The translations under genes and the position numbers were made by a program. Positions 24,801 to 37,600 of a DNA stretch of 64,000 bases are shown here, piece after piece (the first letter of the stretch is position 1; each line of letters starts with the position of its first letter). The DNA comes from Octopus sinensis (Eukaryota): NCBI RefSeq assembly GCF_006345805.1, contig NC_043001.1, positions 45,756,001 through 45,820,000 on the forward strand, given 5' to 3'. The notes under the pieces were generated by a model. The model worked only from the letters and a program-made list of their open reading frames with translations. It searched no databases and was not told the origin of the DNA.

Positions 24801-27800
24801 CATGGGACGAGGTGGTGAAACATGATCTTCGAATGTTGGGCCTTACAGAAGCAATGACAACTGACTGAGACCTTTGGCAATATACCATGCTTGAAAAATG
24901 AGATTGTAGTCGTGGCCAATGTCAGTGTCGCGTAACCAGCCTGTTAAAAGCACTCTTCAATTGTTGGGCAATATTATGTGCTTGTGAAGACTTGTTGAGC
25001 CAAGTGAAATCTTAGTCGTGGCTGATGCCAGTACTATGTGACTGGCATGTAAAAGGCACTTTTTGAGTGTTGGGCCTCACGGAGGCAGTGACAGGTGACC
25101 AAGACCTTTGGCGATATACCATGCTTGTGTGGACCTCTCAAACCAAGTGAGACTGTAGTTATGGCTGATGCCGATGTTAAATTAATGGAGTGGTTGGCAT
25201 TAGGAAAGGCATCAAGCTGTAGAAACCTTGCTAAATCAGATAGGGAACTTGGTGCAGGTCTCCAGCTTACCAGTTTTCAGTCAAACTATCTAACCCATGC
25301 CAGCATAGAAAGCAGATGGTAAATGATGATGATATCCTTCTTAATGTTAACTACTTTTAAGAGTGTACCAGGTACTTTTATCACAGCATATATCATCATC
25401 ATCATCGTTTAGCGTCCGTTTATATCATCATCATCATCCGTTTACATGGGTTGGACGGTTCAACTGGGGTCTGGGAAGCCAGAAGGCTGCACCAGGCCCA
25501 GTCTGATCTGGCAGTGCTTCTATGGCTGGATGCCCTTCCTAACACCAACCACTCCGTGAGTGTAGTGGGTGCTTTTTACGTGCCACCAGCACAGGTGCCA
25601 GATGAGGCTGGCAAATGACCACGATCGGATGGTGCTTTTTACGTGCCACTGGCACGGGGGCCAGGCGAGGCTGGCAACGGCCACAATCGGATGGTGCTTT
25701 TATAATAGATGTATATTATATAGGTATATACAATGACGAAACAAACACACATACATGTGTGTGTGTGTGTGCGCGCGTGCATGTGCGTGTGTATATAATC
25801 AAATGGTTGTCTTATAAAACACACATACAATAACAGCCATACAAACAATCCAACACACCGCCATCATCAGCTGCTCCACAGATATCATTACGGTTTTGAC
25901 ACCTGGGCAGTACCATTGAATCTGGCAGTGTCAACAGCACTAAAATAAGTTTTGTCTGGGAACAAACATACCTTAGATATCACCAAATTCATTCAATCTT
26001 AATTCTAGGAAGGATTAAACACTAACATTATTAATTAAACTACAACAAAGAAACCATATATAAATATGCCTTATTGTATTTGTTCCAGCTGTGTTCTGAG
26101 TTCAAATCTCATGAAGGTCACTTTACTTTTCAATCAAGGAGGTGGGGGTTAATAAAATAGAACTAGGTTAGTTAGTGGAAACTGTAAGAACATTGGACAG
26201 GATGCCCAGTGGAATTTGTTCTGTCTCTTTATATTCCGAGTTCAAATTCAAAGTTCACTCTGTTGCAAGTATTTGGGTCAGGTCTTCAGTTTAAGGACAC
26301 CTTCCTCACACCATGTAACCAGTCTTAGAGGCCCTCTAAAGTGCCATGTGCATTACCTTCCCTCTTGACTAAAAGACATGATGTGTATGTGTGCATGCTT
26401 GCACATGTAGATGCTCCAGGATAGACTTACATTCAACCCATGTGATTACTTGTTATAGATGCATTCTATCTTTGAGACAGCCTTATAAGATATAGTTCTT
26501 TATACCAAAATGTGGAATAAGTTACTGCACTTGAAAATGTGTACTGCTAATGTAATTCTGAAGGAGAATAAGTGTGAGTGGTCCTCTGAATTAGATATAG
26601 TCCATCCAACAGGCTTTCAAACAATTTCAAAATGAAGTGATAGTATGTTGTCAACTTAATGTGACAGTCCCATGAAAGGGAAGAATGCTACTGTTATTTA
26701 GCCCTAGGAAACACTGTTCCCTGTTCGACTTGGCACATTTCCTGTGTCCTTATGCTTTCAAAATGGAGATAAGCAACTCCACTCAGCAAAGCCAGCACCC
26801 AGAGACTAGTTTCAGAGTCATTGCTCATCATCTCTGAGAGATTTAGAAATGTATTATTTCTATTTTCAAAAATCAATGAATGCATTTCACTTGAAATATA
26901 TATGTTTACAAAGGCGGATAGGCATCGACAGCTAGCAGGCCATGCTACTCCAGACTGATGATGAGCAATGATTCTGAAAACAGTCTCTTGTTGCTGGCTT
27001 TGCTGGGTGGAGATGCTTAACTCCACTTTGAAAACAAGGACACAGGAAATGTGTCAAGTCCAACTGGAAATGGTGCTTCCTAGAGCTAAATAACAGTAGC
27101 ATTCTTCCTTCCATGGGACGATAAACTTTGCTTGTGAAGACCTATTGAGGGAAGTGAAATCAAATCAAAATTGCTGACATGGCTGATGACAGTACCGCCT
27201 GATTGGCACTTGTGCCAGTGGAACGCTAAAAGCACATCCGAGCGTGATCGTTGCCAGGGCCACGGATTGGCTCCCGTGCCGGTGGCACATAAGAAGCCCC
27301 ATTTGAGTGTGATCATTGCCAGCATTACCATGGAAAACAACATTCGTGTGTGGTCAGTGCCAGTGACGCCAGACTGGCTCCTCCGCAGGTAGCACGTAAA
27401 AAACACCTTTTGAGCTTGGTCGTTGCCAGAACCGCCTGACCGGCCCTTGTACTAGTGGCACGTAAAACACCCACTACACTCTCAGAGTGGTTGGCATTAG
27501 GAAGGGCATCTGGCTGTAGAAACTTTGCTGGGTCAGATTGAGCCTGGTGCAGCCTTCTGGCTCACCAATCCTCAGTCAAACCATCCAACCCATGCCAGCA
27601 TGGAAAGCAGACGTTAGATGACAATGATGATGATGATCCTTTCATCACGACTTCAGCAAGTACACTGAAAGCTGTTTTACTGATGAAGTCATAAAACCAA
27701 AAAACATGACTAAAGTTGTCTCCCCATATTTTTAGGAAGAATTACAAAAACAATTTCAAGTTATTTTTCTCATCACACATTCCTAGTTACATTTTTAAAG

Positions 27801-30800
27801 TGGCATACATTAGGATATATTAACACTGTCATAAAACGGGCATCACTAGTTTGTTATGATTAAGTGGCTAGCTGCAAGAATAACACTGACTTGTAAAACA
27901 AATTGCATCTGCAATTGGCAAAAACATCACATCACAGCCAGACAAGGAAAGAGAAATGGATGCAAAGCAGTAAAATGAAAATAAAATAAAAAATAAAATC
28001 CTATGATTTTGTTTCATGAAAATAAGTTTATCACATTATCCACAGCCAGTTTACTGTGGTGATAATAACTAATTAGTGTTAGTCATAATGGTTTTACATT
28101 TTGGCACAGAGACGGCAATTTTTAGTGATTTGGGTAAGTCAATTACATTGACCCCATTGTTCATCAACTGGTATTTATTTTATCCGGCCTGCTGTGCTAA
28201 CCTTGGATCATAGAGTGACCGCTGTTCTTGAAGAGACCCATTGAGTCAAGTATGTCAACACCAACATCAAATTAAAAATCAAATGGAAATTGTAGTTGTG
28301 ATATCTGTGCTGGTGACACGTAAAAAGCACCAACCGATCATGGCTGTTTGCCAGCCTCCTCTGGCCCCTATGCCGGTGGCATGTAAAAAGCACCCACTAC
28401 ACTCATGGAGTGGTTGGCATTAGGAAGGGCATCCAGCTATAGAAACACTGCCAGATCAGACTGGAGCCTGGCGCAGCCTCCTGGCTTTCCAGACCCTGGT
28501 CGAACTGTCCAACCCATGCTAGCATGGAAAACGGATGTTAAATGATGATGATGAAGTCTGGAAGGATGAAAGGTAAAGTCAAACTTTGGTGGAATTTGAA
28601 CTCAGAATGTAAAACCAAAGGAAATGTTGCTAAGCATTTCGTTTGCCATGGTACTGATTCTACAAACTCCTGTTTTTGTTAGTAATTAGTCGCCATTAGT
28701 AGTAGTAGTACTAGTAGTAATAATTAGAGGAAACACCAGTAGCAGTTGCTGTAATGACAGTGATAGTGTAAAAATAGTAGTAATATGAAATATTTAGAGC
28801 TGGTAGGAGTAGTAGCAGTAATACTAGTATTAAGTGGTGATAGCTGCAGTAGTAAAAGTAGCAATGGTAGCAGCAGTAGCCCACTGCTCTGCATGATCTG
28901 AGCACAACACCATCCAAACTATTCTATTTACTTCTTAGAGAAACCACATTGAAGAAGGTAAGTAAAACTCTACATATTTGACTCAACAGAAGCAAACAGC
29001 CAGGAAGTGGTTTTAGACTTCACACTGCATGTGTGTCAAAACACAGATAACAACCTACAGGCAAGTGGTTATATGGCTATATATAGAATAGAGGTGGTAA
29101 CAGTGAATAAGAAATATTTTGATATGCAGTACATTTCAATCTGCTAGTGATTGCATTTAAATTTAATGCATATGATTAAATGGATGACCAATGATGGAGG
29201 GTAGCAGACAAATGAATGAACCAACCAGTTGAGAGATTAATGGGTTCAAATTTTGTCGCTAACCTCATACTTTACCCTTGGCATAGACACTTAAATCTCA
29301 AAATCCTCAGGTCACTTGGCTCTAAATAGGGTATTAGAAGTATTTGCCACAGTAAACAGCTGCAGTGGTTTGTTAGCTTGTAAGGTTGAGTTTTATTCAG
29401 GTCAACAATAGAGCCTCTAAATAGTCACACAACCTGCTAGAAACAGCAGCTAAAATTTTTAAATCAGATGTTAATTTAAAAAATGGAAAGGTTACAGTGA
29501 AATAATACAGTCCAAGATGCCCTTACAAAGACATTCATGACTGGAGTGCCAATGATCAGAGACCTGCTTGTATTTAAGTAAAACTAAGCTTCCACACTTA
29601 ACATTTGTTGACCTGAAGAATGCTGTCAATAGGGAGCCTTGTTCTGTGATCTGGTGGTCTCTGACAAAGCTAGCGGGTAGATGAATGGCTTGTGAGAACA
29701 ATACAAGCCATATACAGAGATGATGTCAGCAATGAGCACAGCGATGAGTTTAATGTGCATATAAGAGTTCATCAAGACTTGGCTCTCAGTTACCTTATTC
29801 ATCATAGTCTTCCTAGTTATAATAGACAAGTTTAAGATTGGTTGCTTGTGGGAACTGATATATATGCTGAATTCTGTAGGAGAATTAGAAAAGAAACTCC
29901 CTGTATGGAAGCAAAGGATCTCAAAATCAATCTAATGAAGACGTAAGTAGGAAAACAAACAAATCTTTGTTTCTATCAGCGGAATGGTCTTGCTCAATAT
30001 GTACAAAAGTGTAGGTTGAAATTCTATACAGTGTGCCCATGTAAACTGTGGGTACATAAAAGATGCAGTGGTATCAAAGACAGGTTAAAAGTGAAAATAG
30101 ACTCTGTATGTGGCAGGTGCTCAGGAGCAATAAGTACTACAAGTATATGGAAAAAGAGTCTTTGACAAATGCACAAGTGGATTTTTTTGTGGTAGCAGAT
30201 ACTTTCTGTTACCTAAGTGGCCTAATTAGCAATGAAGGTGGAGGTCCCAAAAGTATAGATGCTACATGAACAGGCTGGAGAAAGCTTAGAAAGATTTTAC
30301 TTCTGTTAGTAGCAAAAGGATTTTCTCTTTCAAAATGAAAAGGTAGCTTGTATGACGCTTTCTTACTAACTGCAATGCTACATGGTAGTGAAACATGGGC
30401 CCTGAATGCAGAGGACTTGTGAAGATTAGGAAGAAGCGAAACTAGCATGTTTCACTAGATGTACAACACAAGTGTGCATAAACAATGAATTACAAATGGG
30501 CATAAGAAGAATCAGATGTAGTCTGCAAGAAAGAAGACTGCACAAGTATGGACATGTAATGCATATGGATGAGAACGTCTGTATAAAGACGTGCTCATCT
30601 TTTAAGAGGGAGACTCAAGAAGTTATGAGACAAAGTAGTAAAGGCTGATCTCAGGACTTTGAACCTCATGATGATGAAAAAGGACTGGGATGACCGGAGA
30701 TATATGGTGCTTAAGAAGGCCCACCCATCATGGAAACAATGTATGTGTGTACATATACACACACACACATTATTATGCCCCTAGCATGATTTTCTTCTCA

Positions 30801-33800
30801 AGCCTTCGCCACCACTCATTATCTCTATAATCTACCTCTCCAATATCTTCCTAACTGTATTATTTTACGCCTGTTATTAAAATGGGGGCAGAACTACATA
30901 TTTCATCATCTTGCTCTGTGATACTAGTTATCTTTCTCACTTAGCAGAACCACTTCACACAGTGTTCATCCTCCTCAATTATTAATATTTATTTCTTTAC
31001 TACCCACAAGGGGCTACACACACAGGAGACAAACAAGGACAGACAAACGGATTATGTCGACCCCAGTGCGTAACTGGTACTTAATTTATCGACCCCGAAA
31101 GGATGAAAGGCAAAGTCGACTCAGTGGAATTTGAACTCAGAACATAATGGCAGACGAAATACAGCTATGCATTTCGCCCAGCGTGCTAACGTTTCTGCCA
31201 GCACATTCATTTTATACTGATTACCCTTGTATGCAACCAAAATTCTCTCTCCTTCTCAATCACCGTACATATCTCACTCTCCTCCAGTACTACATCTGCC
31301 TCTCCCTTCACTCTCATCATTTCCCTGTATGCTGTATATTTACTATTCTATTATTCCTCACCTGCTTCTGTCCTGCCAGTCATCACTTACTCTTCCCTAC
31401 ATTCCCCTATCACATAGTATTTATAACCAAATCGCCCTATATTTTTAAAGTGGAATTAGATGTACTGAAACCTGTTGCATGTGTGTATTACTGGTACAAA
31501 ATGGTGTAGCAGTTGCATCTCTCTATGTCACAGGATAACTGAGCCAATCAATAAACAGAAATTGATAAAATAAATATCAGACTGAAATAATTACTGGGAT
31601 TGATATGTTACCCTAAAAATCTTGATGGATGTAATTAATATAAAAGGATTAGGAGATAAGCAGCTGGCAAGAAAGGTGCCAGTTACTAGACTCCCAGTTC
31701 ATTAGATAGCTGATGATAATCGTTTTGTTTTAACAATTTTCCATCTTTCTTCCTAACATGGAAATTCTCTCCTAAGTACCTTAGAGGTTTTACAAATACT
31801 GAACCAACCTTAAAAGGTTTGGATCTGGATTATGGTTAGAATTGAAAGATAAACACCAAGATATTGAAGAAGATAGTATCTTCCCACCTCCTAGTACTTA
31901 CTTTGGTATTCGCCACCATTCATCATCTGCTATAGCAGCTCTTCCCAACTGTCCTCTGCTGTTATCTCCCCAGCTGTATACCTCACCACCTGTGTGCAGC
32001 ACCAAACTGTGATAGACACCAATTGCCACTCGGTTCACATGCAGGTTCTTCAATGCGGCCACATGTACTGTAAAGCAGAAAAGAAAAACAAAATTTACAT
32101 GAGTACAGTAACACAACACATCGTGGGAGGGGCACCTAAAATTTAAACGTTATATCTATATGAGGTAGTCTGTAAATATTTCAAATTTCAGTTAACCCCA
32201 CTAAGAAATGAGGATGATTAATCATTCTGATATGTACAAAAAAAAGCAACAATTCTGCAAGGTTGTGTGCACACATCTAGCATATCAGAAATATTAAGTC
32301 AAAGTGTACTGAACATTACCAGATGATAACTTACTCTTTTACTTGTTTCAGTCATATGACTGTGGCCATGCTGGAGCACTGCCTTTGGTCAATCAAATCA
32401 CCCCCAGGACTTATTCTTTGTAAGCCTAATACTTTTGCCGAACCGCTAAGTTATGGGGATGTAAACACACCAGTATCAGTTGTCAAGCGATGTTGGGGGT
32501 GGGGGGACAAACACAGACACACACACACACATATATACATATACATATGACAGGCTTCTCTTAGTTTCCCCCTACCAAATCCACTCACAAGGCTTTGGTC
32601 TGTCTGAGGGTATGGTAGAAGACACTTGCCCAAGGTGCCACGCAGTGGGTCTGAACCCAGAACCATGTGGTTGGTAAGCAAGCTACTTACTACACAGCCA
32701 CTCCTGCACCTGATTAACTTGATTATTATTTTGTAAGATAGTGCTATGATTTTAAAAGATACAGATGAGATTATGGTTAACAATGCAAAAATCAAATAGT
32801 GATTCACAGGAGCCAGTTACTTTATTTGTGAAACATTACGAAATAAAATACTTTTAACATAACATTAAAGTAACACACGTTAAGCTGGAGAAGTGCTGTT
32901 ATTTTATTGCTCAACTGCAAGAGTTTTTCACATTAGATCTTGTAGGGCAAACTCAACCCAGGTAAAAGACTCTAAAGATGCCCTTCACAATGTTACAAAT
33001 ATAAACTCAAAACAGACTATAAAAGAGACCAGCCTCATAACATGGAAAGTACAAACAGCAAATCAAAATGTCTTGCAGAAGTATTTGAAAAATCTACAAA
33101 GTTCAGTTGCACAATTCTGTCTATGTCTGTTCACATCTTTCATGAAAGGAAGGACTTCTTCAGTCACCAGAAATACTGATATAACAACAATTATGACAGG
33201 AAAAGAACAAAAAATAGCTGCAGCCACTACCAACATAATGCAACAAAGAATGAATATAAGCATTAGCTCTGTGGACTTGTCATAAAGGAAAATTAGCTTA
33301 ACTAGATAAAGTAATTTACATGCAATATTATTATTTCATAATTTCAGTTAACATTTCAATTTTAACAGTTGCTGGCCTATTAGCTCTAGTAAGACCCACA
33401 ATGGAATATTTCTTCAACATCTAGGCTACTGCTACTTTGTTACACTAACACAAATCATCTAAGATCACATTAAAGAAAAAAAAATGAGCACCTGATTGAC
33501 TGGCTGAAGGCTTACTCATTAACAAACTGCAATCTCTGGTTCACAGACATGTCTTCATACAACCCCATTCTATAGCTATTACAGTGGCCTTAGTTTTTCT
33601 AAAAAGCAAGATGCACACGACCTAGGTCCACTAATTTTTCTTCACTATTAGTCTCTCACTATCACACCCAACATTCATTCCTTTTCCAATCCTTTCTCTC
33701 CAGAACATCAGCCCCCTCTCTCCATCCACGTTTCTCCTTGAAATGTTCAAGTTAAACATCGACAGTATCCAGCTCAACAGTCTGAGAAGGCTCATGAGGG

Positions 33801-34587
33801 TTAAATCATAATATTAAAAAAAATATATTTAATCTAGCAGTGATTTTTTTTAAACAAAGATTTCAGGCTTATAGGACACTGCATTTAGTTAAACTAACTG
33901 GATATATTTATAGGATAATTTTTTAAAACAAAAATGTGTAAAGTCAAGTAGAATGAAAATTAATGCGACTATGGAAACAAACACTCCCTAACAAAAGGCA
34001 GTACATATTTTTTGACAAGGTGTATATGAAATAAGAACATGCTTGCTTTAGTATACTGTTACTGACAAACTAAACCAGTGTTTTTCAACTTTTTTACCCT
34101 TACATAACCCTTAAAATAAATTACATGTCTCAAGGAACCCCTGCACAAAAAAAATTATATACCATATCTTTCTCATATCTTTTCATCATAGTTCATATAT
34201 ATAAAAATATATATATATATATAAGAGATACAGATAAGGAAATAATTTTATTCTCAAACGCAGGATAATGCTAATAATATAGCATGAACAGGATAAACTA
34301 TCCATAATCTGTTGGTGGCCAGCCATGGGACTTGAATTTGTTGCTGGGCAGTTTAGGTTAATGGTAAAGCACTTGAATTGTAATCACAGGGATGTGAGTT
34401 TGAGTCTCATGGCTGGCCACCAACACATTTTTCTGCAAAATATGGATAGTCTATCCTGTTCATGCTATATTATTAGCATTATCCTACATTTGAGAATAAA
34501 ATTATTTCCTTATCTGTATATTTCAATACATCTCAACGCTTCTAAAGCAAACTTACTTTGTTGACTTTCAACGTAAGTTGAATTTAA

Positions 34588-34636
<49 letters not shown>

Positions 34637-37600
34637 CTATCATGAAATTAGCATTAGCTTATCTCACTTTCTTGCAGAACCCCTAGGCTGAGAAATGCTG
34701 AACCAAACACTTGACATCCCCACTTAAACAAAGATTGGGCACCTGAAGTAATTTTTTTTTCTTAAGGAGTCTGAAATAGAGCAAAAAAGACTGTTCATGG
34801 TGAGTGATGAGTCAATAAAAATGGTGTGAGGGAAGGATGTTCTGCTTGAACTGTTGCAGGTTAGTAGTTCAATAAACAATGTTGCTTGCAGTTGTTAGAA
34901 GACAAGATTGGGGTTAAGTGCTTATGAGGTGTCGTTGGAGTACTTATTCAAGTGTGGGTGTTATGTAATCCAAGGTCAGCTTTGATCAAGCAGACCTATG
35001 GCATGCAAATAATCAGTCAGACACCCAAGAAATCTATTGCTTCGTGTATACCATACCTATGCTTAGCTGAAAACAACACTGGGTGCACAGAGAATGCAAT
35101 GGTTGACTGTCTCTTTTTTTTTTTTTTTTACTTGTTTCAGTCATCTGACTGCGGCCATGCTGGAGCACCGCCTTTTAATCGAGCAACTCGACCCCAGGAC
35201 TTATTCTTTTTGTAAGCCCAGTACTTATTCTATCGGTCTCTTTTGCCGAACCGCTAAGTAACGGGGACATAAACACACCAGCATCGGTTGTCAAGCAATG
35301 CTAGGGGGACAAACGCAGACACACAAACACACACACGCATATATATATATATATATACACATATATATACGATGGGCTTCTTTTCAGTTTTCGCCAACCA
35401 AATCCACTCACAAGGCTTTGGTCGGCCCGAGGCTATAGTAGAAGACACTTGCCCAAGGTGCCACGCAGTGGGACTGAACCCGAAACCATGTGGTTGGTAA
35501 ACAAGCTATTTACCACACAGCCACTCCTGTGCCTATGTGGAGTGAAGTGCAAAAGTTTGGACACGTTCTATCCTTTTCACTGCCCAGTCTATTACATACA
35601 CTTGTAATTGTTTAAACTAAGTTAGCTCTGAGCAAATCTATGATCAAAGGCATTTTTTCTCAGCTATAGTTATCTAACATTACATCATCAAACATGGCCT
35701 TGTTTTTTCAAGGATAGCAAAATTTGATTTTAAGATTTGGTTAGCAAAATAAATGGCTATGTAAAGGTTCTCTTATTGGCTTTTCTGTATAATTGTGGAT
35801 CCTGATGGCAGCCATAATGAAACCAGCAGGAATGACAAAGTAGTAATGATATGAGGTGCGGCAGTGAGTGAATTAAGATTAAGAGTAGTACAAATTTAGT
35901 GTATTTATACCAGATCAGAGGCTATTATAGTAGTTAGGAGGCTAAAATGAACAGAACTAGATAGGGAGTTAGCAGTTAATGTATTGATCATTCTTTATTT
36001 CAACTAGATACAATCTAGAATTGTGTATGTGTGTATGTGTACTATTTGTCTTATATGCGTGAATGTTACTCTAGTGTAGAGGAAGTACTTTTCTGTGTAA
36101 ATGCTGTGTTAGAAACTGTTGAAGGCCAACACTTTGTTTTGGCTTTGAAGAGGAAATCCAACCTTTTATGATACACACAATGAGCTATGTGAAGAATGCA
36201 GTCAAAGGTGGGACAATAAGACCTGCAGACTCCATACACAAATGTATAGGTCCACTTAACTAAGTCAGTTAAATTGTATATATATTCAGGACACACACAC
36301 ACACAAAAAGATTTTATTCTCTTGATAGTCTTTCAAGTGATGGTTTTAAAACAAAAGTTACAAAACCAAGTTCAAACATTAAGTTAGGGTAAATAAATTT
36401 TTGATATTTGAACTTGATACCATTTATAGAAAATTTTAAAGTATGAAAAAAAAGAAGTTAACTCAGTGTTGATGGACATTCTTCCATAAAGATACTGACC
36501 ACACATTGTTCATCCACTCCAACTCTCTAATTTATAAATAAATCTCCTTCAAGCCGTAAGGAGTTAGTGCTCAGTCTCATTTTCTGGGCATGAAATAAAT
36601 GATAGATATATCTTCCACTGGATATACCTTAGTCTACCATACGTAACATTTCCAAATAATCTGCTAACTACTCCATTGACAAATAAAAGAAACAAACCAC
36701 TCTAGATCAAAATGTTCTACCCTAGAACAACAGAAAGGTTGCAACAGATTTTAACCATTGACCAACAAACAATGAATGACTATATTCAGTATGCCATTTG
36801 TCAGCCACCTTGCTTAAACATAAACCAGTAGTTATTTAGCCCCAGGGAAGCCCTCATTCAGTAGGCTTATGAGCAAAGATATTCTTCTCTTTTTATGACA
36901 GGTATGATTTGAGAGAGATTTGACTGGTATTTCTAATAGATCAAGAGAGCATGTAGAAACTTCTTCATGGACATAGTCCAATTCAGCTGTTACTGTTTAA
37001 CCTCTGGTAATCTCTGATCCAACAAGGTTACAACCAGAAACACTCCAGCTGTGCTCAGCTCATCTATTATTCAACCACACTGTAGCTAGTACTACATTAT
37101 CCAATGTGACTTTCTTTTAAAATAGTAGCTTATGATTTGAAGAAGATTTTGTTGCTATTTCTTCTAGCAAAATGAGTAACCATTTAGAGTCTCCCTTGTT
37201 AGTTCCTTGTGAGGGGTGTCACTTGTTTCCTGACATCTATATATGAAGATGATAAATAAGAAAACAAAAATAAAAAGAAACTATAGCTGCAGCTACTGCA
37301 GTTTATGAAATGTTATATTAAATACAGCAATAGATGTAGTTTAGGTGGGATAGTAGAACCGAAATATTGCAAAAGATAGGACTAGAAAAGAAAGAAAGCA
37401 AGAAAAAAAAAACATAACACAAACATTCAGCAGATTAATGTTGATGCCTATCATCTAACACCACTACTATTCAAACACCATGATGACAGAGAAAGATGAA
37501 TCACAGAGATGTTTCTCTGAACATGTCCTGACTTGCAAACTCATAAGTTCCTATGCATGAAGGATGATGCTATGTAGGTTGCTAAGTAAAATAATTAAAA

